DNA of 64,000 bases, from the NCBI GenBank assembly GCA_951406725.2, contig OX597816.1:133362001-133426000 (forward strand), read 5' to 3'. The position numbers were made by a program, and so were the translations under genes. The notes beneath the pieces are model-generated. The model did not search any database and was not told the DNA's origin. It saw only the letters and a program-made list of their open reading frames with translations. Source of the stretch: Octopus vulgaris (taxonomy: Eukaryota). Below are positions 56,073-64,000 of this stretch, piece after piece. Positions within the stretch are counted from its first letter, which is position 1, and each line of letters opens with the position of its first letter.

Positions 56073-56371
56073 AATCTGTTTTGCAAAAAAAGCGATGGTA
56101 TTTCCTATTTGATTTTTTTTTTTAATATATATGAATAAATTCTCCCCCCCCTCTCTCTCTCTAAAATGATTTCTTTCATTTAATATCTTATAAAATTAGA
56201 GAGGCAGAGGTTGTCTGTAAAATACAGGTGATAAGTTTTGTGGTTCGGAGAAAATTGTTTAAAGGTTCTGTGACAAAATAAGTTTGGGAACCACTGCTAT
56301 AGGTGATAAATGAATGTGTAGCAATTTTGCCTTAAGAATATAGATTCTGGATTCAATCCCAGACAATGGAT

Positions 56372-57710
56372 ATACCATATTTTTCAGAATATAAGATGCA
56401 CTGGTGTATATGACACACCCCTATTTTGATGATAAAGTTTTGGGAAAAAGCTACAGTTATATTTGAAAGATTTTCCTCAAAGATGCAATTTGCTGCTTTA
56501 AAATCTAGTATGTATTATTCTAAACACAAAAGAGCTCAGAACATCAAAGTAAGAAATTAATGTAAATTAAAAAAGCAGGTTTTGTTATTCATTTTGGTCT
56601 CAAACCTACAAGATCCTAATTGCTTTCATTTTTGCTTGAAAAATTTTATATATGTCATCAGTGGAGCCAAAATCCTGATCAAAGAAACTATTATCCTCAG
56701 TCTTATCATTGCATTTCTGACACCACACTCCTTAAATGATTTAATTATTATATCACTTCTTATTTTTACCCCATGAGTTCTCCACCCATTTGTATGCTTT
56801 TCCCTGAGCTCATAGATGTCATAGGAAAATCCTCCTGTTGCATCCATTCCTCTCTCATAAATGTCTTAAAGGGTTTGATAATAGAAACATTAAGAGGTTG
56901 CAGCTGATTTCTTAAACTGCTGGGTATAAATAGCTCATTGTGTTTCTTTTATTTATAACATTTTCGTTTATTTTTTTCATTTTATGAACTCTGAATTAAT
57001 CTCAGACAAGGAAAGATGACTTTTTAAATAAATACCTTGGATATTTCAATCAAATTTTTCCAGATAAAAGTAGAATTCTACCTTCATCCATCCATCCTTC
57101 TTCATGTACATGAACATAGACACTGCTGGATAAATTTTCTTTGGGCATTGCTTTTCTTTCAGCTGTTCTTTTGCTTAGAACATCAAATATTAACAGACTT
57201 TCATCCATGACTTCTATTTCAGGCTATTCAAATGGAATTTCTTTTTTTAACTGTATAATATACTTGAGTGAAGTACGTATTTTCATCTCAAACTCATCAA
57301 ACATTCTTTGAGCTATTTTCATTCTGGTTATCATGACTAGACTTACACATTTCATGAACCTATAATACCATGATGTATGACCACTAAAATCTTCTAAACT
57401 ATTATCTTCTTTGCTTCAAAAATTATCATATTTGCAGAAGTGGACAGTTTTTGCCTTCTCTGATCTGCAACCCATTCATATAGTTTATTTTTAAGATCTT
57501 GCCATTTTGCTCTTTTTACCTCTGAAAATTGTGTTTATCTCTTTGACTTCATTTAAAATTTTTCATCGTGATTAAGCTCTCACTGAATCATTATTTCTGT
57601 TGGTGGAGGATTGAAAGAGCTCTTAGCAGCTCTATTTCCATGTTTACCATGAATTTTTTGCATAATCAATCAAACTTAATTTGAATTCACCTTTTTCTTT
57701 AGACCCCATG
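56372..57710 (-). mobile_element. pogo/Tigger-like DNA transposon relic
   Basis: IPSSLRNQLQPLNVSIIKPFK (DDE_1 motif) at about 56870-56930; KHGNRAA in the HTH region; taccatatttttcagaatataag TIR-like end. Confidence 0.7.
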
Positions 57711-58254
57711 AAGTGGGTGAAAAACTAAAACAAAAGATGAAGAAACAAGCTAATCTGCTCCCTCTGTCTAGGTTATTGTACTTCAGCTTTCAGTTACACA
57801 TCCAGCTGGATGGTAAGCATGTGCCAGATTGCCATGTAGCCAATAAAAACTGAAAAACTGATTAGGCAATTGCCAACACTTATTGCATTAAGCACTTTGC
57901 ACATTTGAATCACATTGCACATTTGAAATCCATGGCAAGCACTCTAAATGATTTTTTAGTTGCTAAAAAAAATTGGATGTGAAATTCTTCAATAACAAAA
58001 ATGGTCTTATTCTACTCCACATTAAACTGCAATCACCATGTAATTTACAAGCTCTTTCGCTCTCATCCATTATTATAATTTATTTAAAAAAAATTTTAGG
58101 GAGCATTATAATGAGTTATGTTCTAAAAATACTTCTTTTGTTATAAGTAATACATTCAAATGAACTGTATTAAGCATTCTTATATTTGCATATGGCTTGT
58201 GTATATCATACACACACACACATATCAGACATTAGCAACAACAGTAGTATTATT

Positions 58255-58900
58255 ACCAAATGGCAACCATTATATCCTTCTTAATTGGATGTAGTAGAGG
58301 AAAACTGTAATACTGCCCCGAGAAAATCTCTTGTATAGGCATTTAGTGAACAGAAGTACAAGAGTATTGGTAGTAGATGAGAAATATCTACTAGCAATAG
58401 CAGAACTGCTGTATCACATGATTTTAGCATTTTGTGCTTCATCGGCAATAGGTATCCTACATACTGACCAAATCTCCCTTCCACCTATATATATAGAAAC
58501 AGTTTATGTTCATTTACTGGTATTACTAACTGCTGGCAAGCTGGCCGAAAATCAGATATTTACAAGGGAGAGAATATTATAACCAAATGGTAAACTTTAT
58601 ATCCTACTTAATGTGGATGTATTATATGAGCACTATAATACAGCAGTATTCAACCTGGGAAAATCTCTCTTATAGGCAACTAGTGCATAAACACAGAGGG
58701 GCATAAGTAGCAAATGAGAAATATCTTGCAGCACTAGCACAACTGTTGTATCATGTGATTTCAGCATTTTGTGTCTGATCAGTAACAGGTATCTAGTAAC
58801 ACCACATACAGGCTAAATCTACCTTTCACCCATATACAGAGAACTGGCTACTGTTTAGTCACTGGGGTTTGTTAACAGCCAACATGCTGGTCAAAAGTGA
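58255..58900. repeat. Old tandem duplication, unit about 326 bp, two diverged copies
   Basis: ccaaatgg...atatcct...aaaatctct...ataggca.tagtg...gagaaatatct...agcattttgtg is repeated. Confidence 0.7.
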
Positions 58901-59670
58901 TATATTTATATATGTATATATACTAGCTGAATGACCTGGCATTTCCTGGGTTACTACTGTTCTTAAATTAGTAAACAATAAATATAAAGATATATCAATA
59001 ATATTAATATGCTAACGTTTTGTTTTTGTACGTACCTGTTGTGTGCGTCACTCTTACTTAAAAGAAGTGGCAAAGCAAGAGAGAGGAAGTAGGAGAGAAA
59101 GAAAGAAAAAAAGTGAAAGAGACAGTGAGTGGTGGTGGCGTTCATTTTGTGCTTTTAAATGTTTCAGAGAGAAAGTGAAAGAGACAGTGAGTGGTGACAG
59201 TGTTCGTTTTGTGTTTTAAATGTTTCAGAGAGGACATAAGAGAGTGAGAGAGACAGAAAAAGTGAGAGTGAAAGAGACAGTGAGTGGTGACGGCATTCGT
59301 TTTGTGTTTTTAAATGTTTATCACATCGCAAGAGAAGCAGATACATAGATACATATACACATTGTTAAATCAAAAGCAGGAGAGAAGAGGGACACAAGGA
59401 AGTGAAAGAGAAAGAGAGAAGTGAGAAAGACAGTAGATACATAAATCCAAAGAAAAGTTCATACATAGATACATAAACACAGCAAATATTGGCTATCAAT
59501 TTCACTTTTCATTACCACACGAGAATAAAATTAACTCACAAATGGCTGAGTACTCCACAGACATGCATAACATTAACATAGTTCTCAGGGAGGTTCAGCC
59601 TTACACAGAATATGATAAGGCTGGCCCCTTTGAATAACAGCTACAACTGGAGACATTATATATATATATA

Positions 59671-60647
59671 TCATCATCATCATCATCATCATTTAGCGTC
59701 CGTTTTCCATGCTAGCATGGGTTGGATGGTACAACTGGGGTCTGTGAAGCCAGAAGGCTGCACCAGGCCCAGTCTGATTTGGCAGTGTTTCTACGGCTGG
59801 ATGCCCTTCCTAACGCCAACCACTCCGCGAGTGTAGTGGGTGCTTTTTACGTGCCAGACGGAGCTGGCAAACGGCCACGAATGGATGGTGCTTTTACGTG
59901 CCACCGGCACGGGGGCCAGGCGAGGCTGGCAACGGACACGAACGGATGGTGCTTTTACGTGCCACCAGCACGGAGACCAGTCGGGGCGGCACTGGCAACG
60001 GCCACAAACGGATGGTTTGCTTACTTGTCACCGGCACTGGTATCACAGCCGCAATTTCCATTGATGTTGATCGACTTCGATTTTGGTTCTGCTTTCTGAT
60101 ATCTGATTTGATTTTGATTTTCACTTGCCTCAACGGGTCTTCACAAGTGGAGTTTTGTGTCCCAAGAAGGAAAGGTATGTATAAGTCGACTGGCTACATA
60201 CCAGGTAGAGGCCACGGGTTATGGTCTCACTAGTCTTGCCGGGTCTTCTCACGCACAGCATACTTCCATAGGTCTCGGTCTCTAGTCATTTCCTTGGTGA
60301 GACCTAAAGTTCGAAGGTTGTGCTTCACCACCTCGTCCTAGGTTTTCCTGGGTCTACCTCTTCCACAGGTTCCCTCAACTGCTAGGGTGTGGCACTTTTG
60401 CACACAACTATCTTCAGCCATTCTCGTCACATGACCATACCAGCGCAAACATCTCTCTTGCACACCACAACTGATGCTTCTTAGGTCCAACTTTTCTTTC
60501 AAGGTACTTACACTCTGTCGATTATGAACACTGACATTACACATCCATCGGAGCATACTGGCTTCATTTCTTGTGAGCTTACGCATATCCTCAGCAGTCA
60601 CAGCCCATGTTTCACTACCATGTAGCATGGCTGTACGTACACATGCA
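59671..60647 (-). mobile_element. RTE-clade LINE 3' end (ORF C-terminus, 3' UTR and (GAT)n tail)
   Basis: MLHGSETWAV...MLRWMC...LRWYGHV.RM...GRGRPRKT*DEVV. Confidence 0.88.
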
Positions 60648-61409
60648 TATATATATATATGTATATATATATATCTCTTATGATAAAAGGCAGATTTTCT
60701 CTGCCTGTTACCATGTTCGTTTTTAATACAATTCTACAATATAGAATTTCTTCAATTGGAATTTACCTATGATTTTTCGAAGTAGATTCGATTGGGTCAT
60801 GGCATATAAAGTTTTTTCAATTTGACCCCCAATTAAGCAAAAATTCGAGAAAAGTAAATATTTTATGATTTGCCTCTCTAATTTCAACTGCCTCACTCCT
60901 CCTATTACCATACTTTCTCCTACTTTCTCTTTGCAAGTGTACCTTAAACCACTACTCAAAAAAAAATACAGAGCAAACAGAAACAAATAAATACATAACG
61001 ATTTACTCCTCACACAATTTCTTCAATTGGAATTTACCTATGATTTTTCGAAGTACATTCCATTCAGTCATGGCATATAAATTTCTTTCAATTTGACCCC
61101 CAATTAAGCAAAAATTCGAGAAAACTCAATATTTTACGATTTCCCTCTCTCACTTCAAAGGCTTTACTCTGCCTATTACCACACTTTCTCCCACTTTCTC
61201 TTTACACACATAGACACGCAAACATATACATATATGACAGTGTCAATTGTTGAAAGAAACTTGTAAGCTAAGAAGGTGTGTGTGTGTGAGTCTGTGTGTG
61301 TGTGAGTGTGTGTGTGTAGGAAGTGAAGGATAAAAATATGGCAAGAAGTGGACAGATGTACATATATACATACATCCATACATACATACATGTGTGTGTG
61401 TGTGTGTTA

Positions 61410-61794
61410 TCTCTATATAAAGCTGAAGTTGTCTGTGTGCGACAGGTTTGGTAGCCTTCAACTAACACTATCTCCTCTGAGACCCTGCGGCGCAAGTTGA
61501 CCAAAATTGAGAGTATGATAGAAGGGTTGCTCTTCCTTCCGTAGAAGATAAAATTCAAATCGGACCATGTTAACACCAAAAATTATTTATATCAAAAAGG
61601 TGCTTTTTTTTCTATGAAAATCCTTATTTTTTACGATTTTTTCACTGCTGTGTCGCCACTTTTCGGTGTATTTCAACCAGAAAAATGTTCACTTGAAGAG
61701 AATAACAAGCTACATAATGCAAAATTTTTACTTTTCAAAAATTCAAATCCCAGCGGGTCGAAACAAACCCGAGCAATGCCGGGCGATACTGCTA

Positions 61795-61795
<1 letters not shown>
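61410..61795 (+). mobile_element. Non-autonomous Helitron (may extend 5' to a second TC start at 60674)
   Basis: A|TC...cccgagcaatgccgggcgatactgCTAG|T. Confidence 0.78.
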
Positions 61796-61835
<40 letters not shown>

Positions 61836-61999
61836 TGTATTTGTGTGTGTGTGTAGTTTATGTTAATTAAAACATGTTTGTGATAATAAGTGTCGTGTGG
61901 TGGAAATAAATGCCATTACCAAACATTCATTCATTATTTCATTCTTTTGCATTTCAATTAGTACATTTGTACCCAGAAATTTTCAACAACCGCACACCA

Positions 62000-62345
62000 G
62001 AAGAAATGCAAAAATGAGTGATTTTATCTCCTAAAAATTCTGACTGTCTTGCAATAAATGAAAAAGTTTTTAATATTATACCAGAGGTCCATAAAACGTA
62101 CTTAAGCACAGATTCAGTATCCTGCAATAATGAAGAGGAGGTTCAGAACTATCCATTTGAATTCATAAACTCACTCACTCCATCCGGTATGCCTCCTCAT
62201 CGCCTCAACTTAAAAGTATGGGCTATTGTAATGCTGCTAAGAAATCTTTCAATCAGTCAAGGATTTTGTAATTGAACTCGCATGAAAGTGCAAAGACTTC
62301 ATGAACATTGTGTAGAGGCATCATTGGTAACAGGCTCCAACAGTG
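62000..62345 (+). mobile_element. Helitron PIF1-like helicase fragment
   Basis: ILSPKN...YPFEFINSLTPSGMPPHRLNLKV.AIVMLLRNL...CN*TRM. Confidence 0.85.
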
Positions 62346-63164
62346 AACACTGTTGTTCATTCAGTGTCCAGGCTGCAACTAAGCTAAACTCTTTCAAAAT
62401 TGGTGCTTTTTTAGTGTTGGGCTGTACAGTCATGACAGACACGAGACAGATATACATTCATGCACACCTCTGGCCTATTGCTGTCCCCTTGTGTGTCTGT
62501 CTTTCTTTAGATGTGTGCATAGTGTGTATGTGTCAGTCATCACAGAAATGTATGTATACTGACAGATACATACATCTTCACATACACACACATATACTTA
62601 TCAGTCATGGGCCTAATGTACATAATGGACAAGCAACACACACACACTGACAGACATACAGACTCATTTAGGAAAATGTGACATTGCTGTTGTGGTATAA
62701 AATGTCATTTACAATAGGTGACTTATATAAAGATTATAGTGTCAAATTTTTGTAATGTAAATATGTAAATGAAAACAGAGTTTATTTAGTAGCCAAAAGA
62801 TTAGTGAATCTTTTGATACCTTTTATGTTAAAATTGGCAGCTCAGTTTTCGAATCCAGAAGGAACATATGAACACACACACACACACACACACATAAATT
62901 CCCTTTTATATATATATATATATATACAGCAATAAGAAAATGGAGATCAAGAGGTGGTATTCATCAACTTTTAGACATTATATTATGTCTATTTATTTTT
63001 TTTTAAAATGACAATTATAACAATACACATACATGTATAACATTATGCTTTACATATACAATATATAAAATATAAACATACCAGTAATTAATAAAATATA
63101 TAATGTAGAGCATAGAAAGTAGGATAATATCTTACAGGTGTTTCAGCCAAGAGGCCATAGCACC

Positions 63165-63195
<31 letters not shown>

Positions 63196-63200
<5 letters not shown>

Positions 63201-63470
63201 CCAGTGCCGCTGGACTGGCTCCTGTGCAGGTGGCACATAAAAAGCACCATTTGAGCGTGGCTGTTGCCAATACCGCCTGACTGGCCCTTATGCCGGTGAC
63301 ACGTAAAAGCACCCACTACACTCTTGGAGTGGTTGCCCTTAGGAAGGGCATCCAACTGTAGAAACTTTGCCAGATCAGATTAGAGCCTGGTGCAGCCATC
63401 TGGTTCGCCAGACCTCAGTCAAATCATCCAAACCATGCTAGCATGGAAAGTGGATGTTAAACGATGAATA
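63196..63470 (+). repeat. RTE-LINE 3' UTR copy
   Basis: taggaagggcatcca...catgctagcatgg...ttaaacgatga. Confidence 0.7.
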
Positions 63471-63519
63471 TGATGATAATGTTGATGATGATATATATAT
63501 ATATACTATCATGTGATGT

Positions 63520-63567
<48 letters not shown>

Positions 63568-63583
63568 GTATTTATATATATAT

Positions 63584-64000
63584 AAAAGCACCGTCCGTTC
63601 GTGGCCGTTTGCCAGCTCTGTCTGGCCCCGTGCCGGTGACACGTAAAAGCACCATCCGCTCGTGTTCGTTGCTAGCCTCGGCTGGCAACCGTGCCGGTGA
63701 CACGTGAAAGCACCTTTCTACTCGTGTTCGTTGCCAGCCTCGGCTGGCCCCCGTGCCGGTGACACGTAAAAGCACCGTCCGTTCGTGCCCGTTTGCCAGC
63801 TCTGTCTGGCCCCGTGTCGGTGACATGTAAAAGCACCATCCGCTCGTGTTCGTTGCCAGCCTCGGCTGGCCCCCGTGCTGGTGACACGTAAAAGCACCAT
63901 CCGCTCGTGTTCGTTGCCAGCCTCAGCTGGCCCCCGTGCCGGTGACACGTAAAAGCACCGTCCGTTCGTGGCCGTTTGCCAGCTCTGTCTGGCCCTGTGT
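63584..64000. repeat. Minisatellite of about 61 bp derived from the RTE 3' UTR; runs off the window
   Basis: gccggtgacacgtaaaagcacc recurs about every 61 nt; the same unit is inverted at 59840-59970. Confidence 0.85.

Overview
Eukaryotic, AT-rich, microsatellite- and transposon-dense genomic DNA. The SINE/LINE repertoire and (TA)n/(CA)n/(CAT)n content suggest an octopus or other coleoid cephalopod (inference). Two host protein-coding genes are arranged divergently. (1) The 5' part of COG5 on the minus strand: 14 coding exons reconstructed with GT-AG sites and consistent phase, ATG at 17268, about 506 codons, continuing beyond position 1. (2) A complete two-coding-exon LACC1/FAMIN (YfiH-family purine nucleoside enzyme) CDS on the plus strand, 52526-55880, 408 aa. 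Between them lie a tRNA-Arg(ACG) gene and many decayed transposons: a Gypsy element with an intact -1 frameshift site, CR1-like, RLE-type and Penelope fragments, two Merlin (IS1595-like) transposase relics, a 1.37-kb TIR element with an 8-bp TSD, non-autonomous Helitrons and MITEs, plus two adjacent satellite arrays (about 156-bp and 382-bp units). piggyBac-type MITEs sit in COG5 introns; RTE, pogo and Helitron relics lie in and downstream of LACC1. The most notable observations are a Penelope-type hammerhead ribozyme motif (30971-31070), a 300-bp foldback, a CpG-rich island inside COG5 and atypical residues beside the LACC1 active site. I found no clearly new multi-gene system. Everything was read by eye; repeat boundaries are approximate unless a TSD is given.
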